IMG/VR virus record: IMGVR_UViG_3300049793_000123
Coordinates: 1,919-65,918 of that record
Reading direction: 5' to 3' (one strand)
DNA from: a virus
Lineage: Duplodnaviria; Caudoviricetes
DNA length: 64,000 bases
Numbering within the stretch: the stretch's first letter is position 1; each line of letters opens with the position of its first letter. Positions 23,939-33,120 of the stretch are shown here, in pieces. The position numbers and the translations under genes are program-made. The notes under the pieces are model-generated. The model searched no databases. It saw only the letters and a list, made by a program, of their open reading frames with translations, and was not told the DNA's origin.

Positions 23939-25389
23939 GCGATCAAACGCGCCCGGATTTCAGCCAAGGTGGTCTCGCGGGTGATCTTGCCATCCAAGAA
24001 CACGGTTTGGAGTTCGCCTTGAGCCTCGCCAATGAAACTCACCTTATCCTCCAGCCGGTAACGCCCGCCATCCAAGTGGACGCGCAGCAGGCCGGTGGCG
24101 GATTTCTTTGTTCCGTCGTCCGTGACGGGCTCCTTGAAGATGTCGTGCCGCGTCCCGTCGATGACCACACTGGTGGCCTTCATGGCGGTTCCAAACGTGT
24201 CCCGGGTGTTGTATTGGTAGGTGAAAGAACCGATTCCAAAGACAACCTGCGAGGCGAATCCCTTAGCCTTCAGTTGTTCGCAGATTTGCGTGGCCCGATC
24301 CATCGTGATGCTGTCGCCGTAGATGGCCCCGATGTGCGAATCAAGCAGTTTGTGACCGGTCGCCGTGATGGTTCCACCAAAGACGTTCCACAGAAGCTCC
24401 ACAACGCCTTGGCGAGCCGCCGGATGCGAGGAATCGGGATCGCCGCAGATAATCTTCACCGGGTCACCTGAGTCGGGCCGTATGACCACCTTGCCATTGC
24501 GCGCCATGATCTCAGCTTTCAACGCCGGAAGGAACTCGGTGCAGACTTTCCACAAGTCCCATGTGTCCGAGACGATGGACACAATTCCGGCCGGGTAGAT
24601 GCGCGTGATGAGTCGTCGAAAGGTTTCAAGCTCGCCATCCTTGTGGCCGCTGCACATCACACTGTGCTCGGTGGCTGGGACACTTCCGCCAATCAATTCC
24701 TTCTCACAGTTCGCGCCATAATATTGCTCCAACGCGTCGATGGCCGGGATGGAATCGGTGCCGGTAAACGACAACAGGTGGCCCATTCCGGAAACGAAAG
24801 CGCTCTCCAGTGAACTCATTCCGCGAAAGCTGAAGTCGTGTCCCTGCCACTGCACAAACTCCTTGGCCATACCGGTTTCAGCCGCGTAGCGATCCAGAAT
24901 CTTGCGGTATTCGTAGGCGATGGTGGCAGACGTGCAGGCTTTCCAGATCGCCGTGGAGAGGATGGTCTCGATGAAGTTGGTGAGCCAGTAAAACTCCGGC
25001 AGCGTGTTGATGATGGTGAGGCACGGCACCCGCATCGGGACTCGCGATCCCTCTGGCAGCGCCTTGATCTTGATCGGCAGGAAGCCGAGGTCATGTAACG
25101 CCTCAAGGTGGGAGTAGCTCGGCAAGTCACCGCCAAGCGAGGTTGTGATCCGGCGCTTGTATTCCGCCATCACCTCGGCCTTTGGGCGGTGGAAGAAGTT
25201 GGCGTTGAAATACTCCAGCAAGTACGCCTTCATGAAATACTGAAGGCCAAAGAACACCATCTCATCAACCCCGGGTATGCGCGACTTTCGAGGCGTGAGG
25301 TTGGAGTAAACAAACTCGGTCTTGTCTGGATACTGAAAAACGTGGGCGACCTTGTAAAAATCGGTGAGTAGGAATGGGTTTATTTTCAT
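23935..25389 (-). CDS. nicotinamide phosphoribosyltransferase-like protein (candidate Namat of NARP1)
   Basis: LLTDFYK..H..QYP, HDFSFRG, SVPATEHSVM, SIVSDTWD, IRPDSGDP, IYGDSIT, FGIGSFTYQ..TRDT. Confidence 0.92.
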   Translation of the reverse strand: MKINPFLLTDFYKVAHVFQYPDKTEFVYSNLTPRKSRIPGVDEMVFFGLQYFMKAYLLEYFNANFFHRPKAEVMAEYKRRITTSLGGDLPSYSHLEALHDLGFLPIKIKALPEGSRVPMRVPCLTIINTLPEFYWLTNFIETILSTAIWKACTSATIAYEYRKILDRYAAETGMAKEFVQWQGHDFSFRGMSSLESAFVSGMGHLLSFTGTDSIPAIDALEQYYGANCEKELIGGSVPATEHSVMCSGHKDGELETFRRLITRIYPAGIVSIVSDTWDLWKVCTEFLPALKAEIMARNGKVVIRPDSGDPVKIICGDPDSSHPAARQGVVELLWNVFGGTITATGHKLLDSHIGAIYGDSITMDRATQICEQLKAKGFASQVVFGIGSFTYQYNTRDTFGTAMKATSVVIDGTRHDIFKEPVTDDGTKKSATGLLRVHLDGGRYRLEDKVSFIGEAQGELQTVFLDGKITRETTLAEIRARLIA

Positions 25390-25423
25390 GTGATGGATGA
25401 AATTGGAATGAGTCGGATTTTGA

Positions 25424-25630
25424 TTATTCCGGTCCCATCAAAAGGTTGTCGATTGCGAAACGCGCGACCTCGCTGACGGAATACGGATGGTGGATTCTGC
25501 GACCATTCTTGCGGGCGTTTCGAGTCATCTCCGCCGCCTTGTCTTTCAGGAGGCCCTTGATGCCGGGTCGAACCCGGATCAGCACGATGTCTGGAAACTC
25601 GCCTTGGGGCTTCTTTTTGGTGCGCTTCAT
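25424..25630 (-). CDS. ribbon-helix-helix-like small regulator
   Basis: IVLIRVRPGIKGLL...SVSEVARFAI; first gene of the leftward operon. Confidence 0.55.
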   Translation of the reverse strand: MKRTKKKPQGEFPDIVLIRVRPGIKGLLKDKAAEMTRNARKNGRRIHHPYSVSEVARFAIDNLLMGPE

Positions 25631-25640
25631 TTGACTGAAT

Positions 25641-25672
25641 GTGTTGTAATACAGTTGTATTCGCGGATCAAT
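25641..25672 (-). promoter_or_regulatory. promoter with an embedded palindromic operator
   Basis: Minus strand TTGATC-N17-TACAAC; the spacer holds AATACA-N2-TGTATT (25648-25661). Confidence 0.5.
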
Positions 25673-25692
25673 CTTTTTCTTTCAAAATCTTT

Positions 25693-26208
25693 TCAAGGAG
25701 CCAAATCCACCACCTGTCGCGGCTCCGGCGTGGGCTGGTTCACGTTGACCACAACCTGCGGCGTGACTTGCTGGCGGGGTTCGGCCATGGGGACGAGAGC
25801 CGCTGTGGCGTCACTGACCGCCTTGTCCACGCAGGACTTCATCATGGTGCCGATGGCGTGGGTTTCGTTGGCCATCAAATCCTTTTGCACTGCGCGCAAT
25901 TGAGCCCTGATCTCAGGGTCTTTGCAGTCGTCCACATCCTTTTCCAAATCACGCTGGAGATCGCTGATTTTGTCGATGTTGCGCAGGATATACAACCTCG
26001 CGATTTTCATGACCCCTTCTTGGTCAAGAAAGGCTCCCATCCTCGCTGCTGCTCGCACCTTCTTGATGCGTAAACCGACCATGCCGCAATCACGCGCCGC
26101 CTGAGCCGCCTCAGCATCGGTGACCTTGACGTTGGCGCTGTATTTTGAAACCGGGAGATCGCTCTCGACGGGTTCCTCGGAGATGGAGACGGAGCCGGTG
26201 TCACTCAT
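25693..26208 (-). CDS. helical hypothetical protein (possible terminase small subunit)
   Basis: Last gene of the terL operon; HTH-like N-terminus, coiled middle; assignment by position only. Confidence 0.3.
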   Translation of the reverse strand: MSDTGSVSISEEPVESDLPVSKYSANVKVTDAEAAQAARDCGMVGLRIKKVRAAARMGAFLDQEGVMKIARLYILRNIDKISDLQRDLEKDVDDCKDPEIRAQLRAVQKDLMANETHAIGTMMKSCVDKAVSDATAALVPMAEPRQQVTPQVVVNVNQPTPEPRQVVDLAP

Positions 26209-26711
26209 TTTGTTCCGGGATTGTAGAACTCTTGATGGAGTTTCTTTGCCATTCTCACGTAGGCGGCGTGAGCGGATTTTGGGTCGCTGTAGGAGCCTAG
26301 AAAAAACTCCTTGTTTTTGTGTTGAACTCTTGCCACGTATTTCTCTCTATGCCGACACCAAGAGACTCCCCTGTAGCCGGTTAATCCAATTCTTCGACGT
26401 GAATTATTCGAGTTGTTTTGTGATGATGTTGCAACGCGGAGATTGCATCTCCTGTTATCAAGCCGGTTCCCGTTTATGTGGTCCGCTTGTAATCCTTTGC
26501 CGGGTTTGATTATCAGGCGGTGCATGTAGATATTTGTTCGCTTGGTTTGTGGCTGTCCCAGTTGTGATGTGATAGCGTATCCGTCGCTGTGAATCCTCCA
26601 CTTAAGATGGCACACAAGGTGAAAGTCTTCAGCATCGACGAGCGCAAATTCACCACTTGGCCTCCAAAGCTTTCGTAGTGGAACTTTTCGGACGCCCACC
26701 AAGTTTTCCAT
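26205..26711 (-). CDS. HNH endonuclease with AP2 domain
   Basis: ALVDAEDF, YMHRLI, DHINGNRLDNRRCNLR, GYRGV...Y.ARV...LGSY....AH.AY. Confidence 0.9.
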   Translation of the reverse strand: MENLVGVRKVPLRKLWRPSGEFALVDAEDFHLVCHLKWRIHSDGYAITSQLGQPQTKRTNIYMHRLIIKPGKGLQADHINGNRLDNRRCNLRVATSSQNNSNNSRRRIGLTGYRGVSWCRHREKYVARVQHKNKEFFLGSYSDPKSAHAAYVRMAKKLHQEFYNPGTK

Positions 26712-26808
26712 TTGCGATTGAAGCCCGCTTCCGCGCTGGCGATGTGTGTCCTCGCGCGAGCTTTCCAAGCGCGACGGCGTGTGGGTTTTTCTCTTTGATG
26801 GTTTGCAT
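26650..26808 (-). CDS. 52-aa basic peptide (below the track cutoff), similar to 5319..5486
   Basis: Manual translation: MQTIKEKNPHAVALGKLARGHTSPARKRASIANGKLGGRPKSSTTKALEAKW*. Confidence 0.6.
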   Translation of the reverse strand: MQTIKEKNPHAVALGKLARGHTSPARKRASIANGKLGGRPKSSTTKALEAKW

Positions 26809-26841
26809 AAGGTTTTCATTCCCCGCACCATACCTTGGTGC

Positions 26842-27291
26842 CTAGGTTTTGTCAAACGGACGAAGATCGGCTTCCCAGCCATGGTATCCGTCAATCTCCA
26901 GATCATTGACCGCTAGCCAGCAATCCTTCTGCGGGTGAAAGCTGGCAACGTTGATCGGGCACGCGCAGCCCAATTGCTCCCTCACTCCCGGCTCCGGCTC
27001 CCACATCTGGCACGGCGTCCCGCAGGTGCTCAAGTTCCAGTCGAACAGCGGGCATTGGTGGCAAGCTGACATTCTCCGGTTCCTGAACTCCATCTTCTTC
27101 GGATTCAGGACCGCTGATGGCCAATGTCGGGTCAGAATATCGCAATTGAGTGTCAGGTTGTGGATTAGCCATTTTGCGAACGCGACCTTTCCCAACTGCG
27201 CGGCAGAACATCTGACCGAGGCCGTTGCGGCCCGAATCCAGCGCCGCGAATTCGCAAGCAGCGCGGTCGCACCAAGAACTGAGGACTTCAT
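26842..27291 (-). CDS. Cys-rich protein (R..R...C..CP...C...GC.C....CW)
   Basis: Conserved-looking Cys pattern; overlaps the 3' end of 26903..28141. Confidence 0.5.
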   Translation of the reverse strand: MKSSVLGATALLANSRRWIRAATASVRCSAAQLGKVAFAKWLIHNLTLNCDILTRHWPSAVLNPKKMEFRNRRMSACHQCPLFDWNLSTCGTPCQMWEPEPGVREQLGCACPINVASFHPQKDCWLAVNDLEIDGYHGWEADLRPFDKT

Positions 27292-28141
27292 AAATTGAGG
27301 ATGATGTGCTGCGTATGAGTTGACTCCAGCGGTGGACGTAATTCACCGGACCCTGTGCAGCCAGTTGCCTGGTTTCGTGAGTTTTCACCCATTCCAGCCA
27401 CGATTTTGTGGGAACCGCCTCGATGGTCCAACCGATCACACCGGCGTTGGGATCGAACTCGATCATGTCCGTGGACCTGAGCCGGGCACCGATGGTCATT
27501 GAGGCCAATGCGGCGGCACGCTCGGCCTTTGGAAGCTTCATCACAGAGATTAACTCCGGGAATTCAGAGATCATCTTAGCCTTCCAAGTTGCTCGGAATG
27601 GCACCGCGTGCAGCACACAGAAACCCATATCAAGAGGCTTCCTGCTTTGGTAGAGATAGCGCGCCGCCTCGGTTTGAATCACAGCCCAAATGACCTTCAA
27701 TTGAGGTAACGTCACAAGGCCAGTTTCCGCCACGCGCCTAAGAAATCGCTCCGGTTCTTTGCCCGGCTTGAAATCCACATTTTCGCCATCCGGCAGCGTC
27801 TCCACCGGCACAAACACCTCGCGGCACGGGTTGGCCTTCACGCCGGGCCACTTGAGGTAAATCTCCGCCGTGATCCCGGGCGCTTGCGTGGCCAGTTTTT
27901 CGACGGTGCCGGGCTTGACCACCCAGTAAACGCCGAAATCGTCGAGCGCAAACTCCTTGAGGATGGGATTCAGCATCGCGTATTGCGGGCCGTTGAGCAC
28001 CACAGCCGCCGCGACGTATTCGCCCTTTCGGCCGTCAGGCATCGAGCAGGGCGCGGTATGAATCGGGATAGCCCAGTCGCCGCGCGCAATGATCCACAAC
28101 TGCCGGTCGCGATCCAAGGTAATGGTTGGCCTGAGGCTCAT
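26903..28141 (-). CDS. hypothetical protein
   Basis: ATG coupled to the terL stop; long ORF. Confidence 0.65.
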   Translation of the reverse strand: MSLRPTITLDRDRQLWIIARGDWAIPIHTAPCSMPDGRKGEYVAAAVVLNGPQYAMLNPILKEFALDDFGVYWVVKPGTVEKLATQAPGITAEIYLKWPGVKANPCREVFVPVETLPDGENVDFKPGKEPERFLRRVAETGLVTLPQLKVIWAVIQTEAARYLYQSRKPLDMGFCVLHAVPFRATWKAKMISEFPELISVMKLPKAERAAALASMTIGARLRSTDMIEFDPNAGVIGWTIEAVPTKSWLEWVKTHETRQLAAQGPVNYVHRWSQLIRSTSSSIYEVLSSWCDRAACEFAALDSGRNGLGQMFCRAVGKGRVRKMANPQPDTQLRYSDPTLAISGPESEEDGVQEPENVSLPPMPAVRLELEHLRDAVPDVGAGAGSEGAIGLRVPDQRCQLSPAEGLLASGQ

Positions 28142-29673
28142 GCGGGGATGGAGACTATGTGATTGGTGGCAGGTTTCAAGCGCGTGGCGAGGTCGTGAGG
28201 GCACTCCATGCCCAGCAGGTAGGTGCAGGCATCGAAGGCGTGCTTGTATTCCGAGTCAGGCTCGATCACTTGGCCTCTGGCTTTTGCGGGTTTCATTTTC
28301 GACAACGATTCGATCAAATGAGGACACCTCGCGGAGATGTGAACCCGATCCTCGAACAGCATTTTGCGCAGCATGTTCTTCCGCAACTTAATCGAGTCGC
28401 GGCCCTTGGTCGATGGCCGAAGTTGAATTCGGTTGGCTGAAGCCTGCTGGACGATCATGTAGTCGAACGTGTCCAACCCTGCGCGGTAACGGTTGAACGC
28501 CGTGTCGTCGGACCAGTGCTTCCACTGCACCTTCGCCGTGCCGTAGTTGGTCTTCACGTAGTCCTCCCAGAAGTCCATGACCTCCATGACGGCCTCCACG
28601 ATGTCGGCGGTCTTAATCATCTGCTGCTTGTAAACCACCTCATCGATAAAGTCCCACGACGCAGCCGAGCCTCCGAACTCGCGTTTCACCGCGAACTCGA
28701 TGGCGTTGTTCTTGTCGCCCAAGTCCCATCCAGAATAGAACTCGAAGCAGTTCTCGGTGGGCACGATAAACTCCCAATCCTCCTCGCGCCCATGCGTGTG
28801 GCCGATGATGTGCCTCTGCGGGAAGAAAGCGCCCTTGAACAGTGTGTTGGAAAGGTCGCGCACCCACTTGCCAAGAATCCACCGGTCGTACAGGTTAGGA
28901 TCGTAGCGGCAGCTATTCTCCAATTCCCGGCGCTCGTTGGGATCGAGCTTCGTGTTGTCATCCAGAGTGAAGCCAATCCGGTGATAGTCCAGTTGATCGA
29001 CCGTGCGCTCACTGTCCGGCTTGTCCACCGCGTTCTCAACCCAGAACAGACCGTAAATCCAGTGCTGCTCCCCCTCCTCGGGCGGGTTGCAGTCGATAAT
29101 CATCTGGTGATCCGCGAAGGCCCAACTCTCGCCCGGCGCGGGAGGGCCGAGCATCCGCAACTGCTGGGATAGGATAGTGAACACATTCCGGCTATCCCAC
29201 TGGTCAGCCTCCGAGAGGTAAACCATGGAGAACCGCATCGACTTGAACTTGGCCTCGGCCTCCTGCGTGTGTTCGATGCTGTGGAGCTGTATCTCGGACT
29301 CGCCGTAATGCGTCTGACCATCCTCCCCACGGTAAGGCCGCGAGCGAATTCGGATGTAGGTCATCTTGGTGTCCGGGGCCATCGTGGACGGCTTTGTAAC
29401 CATAAACCCGGTGCCCGCCTTCTCCCATTTTGGAAGAACAAACCGCAGCAAGTCCTCCCAGATGCCCGACTTGGCGTTCCGCGTGGTCTTTGTGACGATG
29501 GCTACCCGCGCGCCGGGAAACTCGAAAGCGTGGCGGACGACCTTGTGGAGATTGGAGATTGTCTTGGCGGATTTGCGCGGCCCATCCACAAGCACGTATC
29601 GCTTGTAGCAGTTGTATATCTGGTAGCCTTTGGGGACCAAATCTGGAGCCCAAGGAGCGCGCTTTTCCGGCAT
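28138..29673 (-). CDS. terL: terminase large subunit
   Basis: Walker A DGPRKSAKT, Walker B VYLSE, coupling motif DCNP, ILGKW, nuclease GWDLG and KHAFDACTY. Confidence 0.88.
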   Translation of the reverse strand: MPEKRAPWAPDLVPKGYQIYNCYKRYVLVDGPRKSAKTISNLHKVVRHAFEFPGARVAIVTKTTRNAKSGIWEDLLRFVLPKWEKAGTGFMVTKPSTMAPDTKMTYIRIRSRPYRGEDGQTHYGESEIQLHSIEHTQEAEAKFKSMRFSMVYLSEADQWDSRNVFTILSQQLRMLGPPAPGESWAFADHQMIIDCNPPEEGEQHWIYGLFWVENAVDKPDSERTVDQLDYHRIGFTLDDNTKLDPNERRELENSCRYDPNLYDRWILGKWVRDLSNTLFKGAFFPQRHIIGHTHGREEDWEFIVPTENCFEFYSGWDLGDKNNAIEFAVKREFGGSAASWDFIDEVVYKQQMIKTADIVEAVMEVMDFWEDYVKTNYGTAKVQWKHWSDDTAFNRYRAGLDTFDYMIVQQASANRIQLRPSTKGRDSIKLRKNMLRKMLFEDRVHISARCPHLIESLSKMKPAKARGQVIEPDSEYKHAFDACTYLLGMECPHDLATRLKPATNHIVSIPA

Positions 29674-29793
29674 GGCGTGTGATGGTTCGCGGAGCATACC
29701 TAAGTATCCTTATAGGGATACTCATGATTGCCCTTGCGGAACAGTGGCACACCTGTATTCTGTATGCAACCACCTTCGTTGGTGGAGCCTTTT

Positions 29794-30063
29794 ATGATTA
29801 CCATTGATACGACCAATCCCGAGGTGGCCAAGTTGTTCGAGGACTGCGAGCCCGGGGATTCCAAGACGCTTACTTTCACCGTCAAAGGCAAGACTCCAAC
29901 GTCCGTCCAAGGCGAGATTGAGACCGTGGAGGGCTACGGGGATGACAGTGGTGGGGAAGGTGAGTCTGCGGAGTCCGAAGCGCCGCACCGTGGCCTGCCC
30001 AACAAGATCGGCGACAAGATGCCGCCCGGCGTGATGGTGATCCTGCATGGCCGGGGCAAATAA
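29794..30063 (+). CDS. small acidic hypothetical protein
   Basis: GGAG RBS; first gene of the rightward morphogenesis operon. Confidence 0.6.
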   Translation: MITIDTTNPEVAKLFEDCEPGDSKTLTFTVKGKTPTSVQGEIETVEGYGDDSGGEGESAESEAPHRGLPNKIGDKMPPGVMVILHGRGK

Positions 30064-30349
30064 AGTCACGGTCGAGTTCACGCCGTCCGCCAAACCCGGC
30101 TGCCAAGACGTGGTGATCCGCGCAACGGGATGCAGGCTGGTGGCCGACCGGTCAGCCCGAAAATACGTGGCACTGGATGTCTCCCAAGGCGCTGGAGTGA
30201 AATTCGACTGCGACGGAACACTGGTTGAGCCACGATTGATCGTGAAGATATTCTGCCAAATCAAACCCCAACACCTCCGCCGCCACCTGCTGCGCCGGGG
30301 TTTGAAGCGCATTAACGAACAGAAATCCAAGGTGATCGACATCTCGTGA
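30047..30349 (+). CDS. hypothetical protein
   Basis: Packed ORF before the portal gene. Confidence 0.55.
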   Translation: MAGANKVTVEFTPSAKPGCQDVVIRATGCRLVADRSARKYVALDVSQGAGVKFDCDGTLVEPRLIVKIFCQIKPQHLRRHLLRRGLKRINEQKSKVIDIS

Positions 30350-30350
30350 T

Positions 30351-32858
30351 ATGTGGGACTTAAATCACCTCAAATCGGTCGGGGGCACTCCCGAGAAGTT
30401 GAAGGAGAAGTTCGAGAAGGATGTGCTCTCGGACAAAAACGCCAAGTTTCGCGACCTCTGCTGGTCCCGCATTCGCACCGGGCTCCAACGCTCCTGTTCC
30501 CGCGCGCGATACTACTACGCCATTGACACGGCTTTCGACGCGGCACAGGCCCAAACCACGATCACTCTGGTTCGCGGATTGATCGACAAGAATTTCTCGA
30601 CTGACAAGGTGCTGTCTGCCGCGATGGAGTTTGGTCTCCAGTCGTGCTTGGTGCCGGTGGTGGGGGCCAATGGACTTCAGATGCCGTTGCCAGCCGGTTG
30701 TCCCAACGTGTGTGGTGACGGCAAGCTCTACAAGCTCGACCTCCCGACGTTCTTCCAAGTTTTCATCCCACTCACTGCCGCCTACGTCAAAATCCGGTGG
30801 GCCAAGCTGTTCAACGACCGAAATGTCTATCCGCTCTACAAGTACGCGCCGCTGACCCTCACGGCGGACAACCGGATGAAGTGCGACATCGTTACTGCCC
30901 GCGTCAACCAGATGACGGAGCAGATGAATTACCGGGAGAACGACAAGCAGTCCATCCTGCAAGAACTCCTGTACGGGAAGTGCTTCAACTTCCCCACTGA
31001 GAGCTGGTATCGCGAGGAGCAGGTGATTGACGGCAAGAAAGAGGTGGTCAAGGAGGGTATTCGATATGCCATCCCGCATCCGACCCGCTGCTTCTTTGAT
31101 GATTCCTATCAGGCTTCGACGTTCAACGCCGACATCGGCTGCACGTTCAGCGGTTACTGGGACTTGCAGAAATACGGCGAGGTGAAGGCGCAGTCACACC
31201 TGTGGAACAAGGACAAGATCACTTTCGGCGGTGGCATGGAGTTCTTTGCCAGCCCGGCGTGGAGCGTTTACCAGATGCTCTACCCGTGTGTCATCAGCTT
31301 CCCGAATTCGATGGTGATGAGCCCGGGAATCGGTGTGAACGACCGGACCAACAACGCGTTCACCTACCAGTCCGACCAATATGACGCTGCGGTGGTGGTC
31401 ACCAGCCTGTTCATGAAGGTGGTGCCCAAGGAGTGGGACTTGTTCGACTACGAGTATCCGGTGTGGATGCGCGTCCAGATGGCGAACGACCTGACGATCA
31501 CCTACATGGAGCCGCTGGGATACAATCCCAACTGCCTGTTCCAGTATGACGCGGATCAGAACCGGGAGATGACCACCTCATTGGCTCTGGAGACCGTGCC
31601 GTTTCAGGACATGCTTTCCAACTTGGTCACGCAGAAGATTCTGTCGGTGAAGCAGAACTTGGCCAAGGCGGTGTTCTTTAATACCGACCAACTTTCTGAT
31701 GAGGATGTTTCCCAGGTCAAAAACCTCGGTGAAAAGATATACCGCACCTTGACTTTTCTTGGCTACTCCGCAACACGGAACGCGCAGATCGGCCAAGTCG
31801 GTGGTGCCAACGCTTTCTCGATGGTCAACTTTCCGCAGGTGCCAGTGGATCAAATCGAGGGAGCTATCATCAGCCTTCTGGGCCTCATGGAGCGCGTGCT
31901 AGGATTCTCCCCGCAAGAGCTTGGCGGGGCTGCCAGCCACGAGCAATCGGCCACGGAGACCCAGATCATCGCCGCGAACAACTCCGTGCGCCTGGAGTTC
32001 ACCGGGGCATCCGTGGACGCGGGCCAGAACGCGCGCAAGCAGATGATCTATGACGGTCTCCTGAATTACTCCAAGGACGAATTCTGGGTGGAGGTCGCGG
32101 AGCTGAGTGGCCAAGACAAGAAGACTTTGGAGCGCCTCGGGTTTGATGTGGAGGATGGCAAGGATGGGCTGCTGGGTGGTCGCATCAAGGCGCAGGTGAA
32201 GAAGCTCCGGCTCGATGGCTTCTCATCGCAGCGTGAGGGTGCCAATCGAATCCAGGATTCCAAGATCGCCCAAGCGATGCTGCAAGCGTGGCAGGTGGCG
32301 TTCTCCAATCCATTGATCGTCGAGCAGGTCGGCGTGAAGCAGATGGTCGAGACGTTCAACCAGATGCTGGTTTACGCCGGTTTGCCGCCCGACTTCAAGT
32401 TGAAGATTCGCGACAAATCCCCCGAGGAACAGGCTTCCGCGCAGCAGGCCCAAGCGCAGGCCGAGCAGGACAAGCTTCAGATCGCCCAAGCCATTTCCCA
32501 GCTTCAGCAGGGCCAGCAACAGATTGCGCAACAAATGCAGCAGCAGGGCCAAGCGTTGGCGCAAGGCGCACAGCAAATGATCGAGCAGAATATCGCCCAA
32601 TTCGGCCATAATTTAACCCAAGAGGTGATCGCGCCGATCAACCAAAAGACGAACGAGATCGCGCAGGTCACGGCGCAGATCGCTTCCGAGGTTGGCAAGA
32701 TTAACCAGACCGACGTGCAGCAGGCCCAAGCTATTTCAACTTTGGCGACCAGACTCCAGCAATTGGTGGCCATAGCCGCCAGTCCATCACCCGAACCTCC
32801 GTATGCTCCAGCCAGCCAAATACCCCCTCCCGCAGGACCAGTTGGTCCAGTTGTCTAA
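30351..32858 (+). CDS. portal protein (with long Gln-rich C-terminal barrel)
   Basis: Size and position; Q.SATE motif; Q-rich helical tail as in P22-like portals. Confidence 0.7.
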   Translation: MWDLNHLKSVGGTPEKLKEKFEKDVLSDKNAKFRDLCWSRIRTGLQRSCSRARYYYAIDTAFDAAQAQTTITLVRGLIDKNFSTDKVLSAAMEFGLQSCLVPVVGANGLQMPLPAGCPNVCGDGKLYKLDLPTFFQVFIPLTAAYVKIRWAKLFNDRNVYPLYKYAPLTLTADNRMKCDIVTARVNQMTEQMNYRENDKQSILQELLYGKCFNFPTESWYREEQVIDGKKEVVKEGIRYAIPHPTRCFFDDSYQASTFNADIGCTFSGYWDLQKYGEVKAQSHLWNKDKITFGGGMEFFASPAWSVYQMLYPCVISFPNSMVMSPGIGVNDRTNNAFTYQSDQYDAAVVVTSLFMKVVPKEWDLFDYEYPVWMRVQMANDLTITYMEPLGYNPNCLFQYDADQNREMTTSLALETVPFQDMLSNLVTQKILSVKQNLAKAVFFNTDQLSDEDVSQVKNLGEKIYRTLTFLGYSATRNAQIGQVGGANAFSMVNFPQVPVDQIEGAIISLLGLMERVLGFSPQELGGAASHEQSATETQIIAANNSVRLEFTGASVDAGQNARKQMIYDGLLNYSKDEFWVEVAELSGQDKKTLERLGFDVEDGKDGLLGGRIKAQVKKLRLDGFSSQREGANRIQDSKIAQAMLQAWQVAFSNPLIVEQVGVKQMVETFNQMLVYAGLPPDFKLKIRDKSPEEQASAQQAQAQAEQDKLQIAQAISQLQQGQQQIAQQMQQQGQALAQGAQQMIEQNIAQFGHNLTQEVIAPINQKTNEIAQVTAQIASEVGKINQTDVQQAQAISTLATRLQQLVAIAASPSPEPPYAPASQIPPPAGPVGPVV

Positions 32859-33108
32859 ATGGCTCGCCTCCACTGAAACCAACCTGTTTTGCGAGTGCAT
32901 CGAGCACGAGATCGCGGCCAAGCAGGCTGAGATCGGTGCCTTGATGTCCAAAACCAGCGTGTTGGGAGGCACCATCCCCGCGCCTGTGGGCGATCCTGCC
33001 CGAGCCATTGTGCGTGTGAAGGAATTGGAGGCGTTTCTGGAGATCATCAAGTCATTCCGCGAGGGGAGATACACACCATCCCGATTCACTTTCGAGGTCA
33101 AACACTAA
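32803..33108 (+). CDS. small helical protein after the portal
   Basis: Typical portal-adjacent small ORF. Confidence 0.55.
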   Translation: MLQPAKYPLPQDQLVQLSKWLASTETNLFCECIEHEIAAKQAEIGALMSKTSVLGGTIPAPVGDPARAIVRVKELEAFLEIIKSFREGRYTPSRFTFEVKH

Positions 33109-33120
33109 ACATCCATCATC

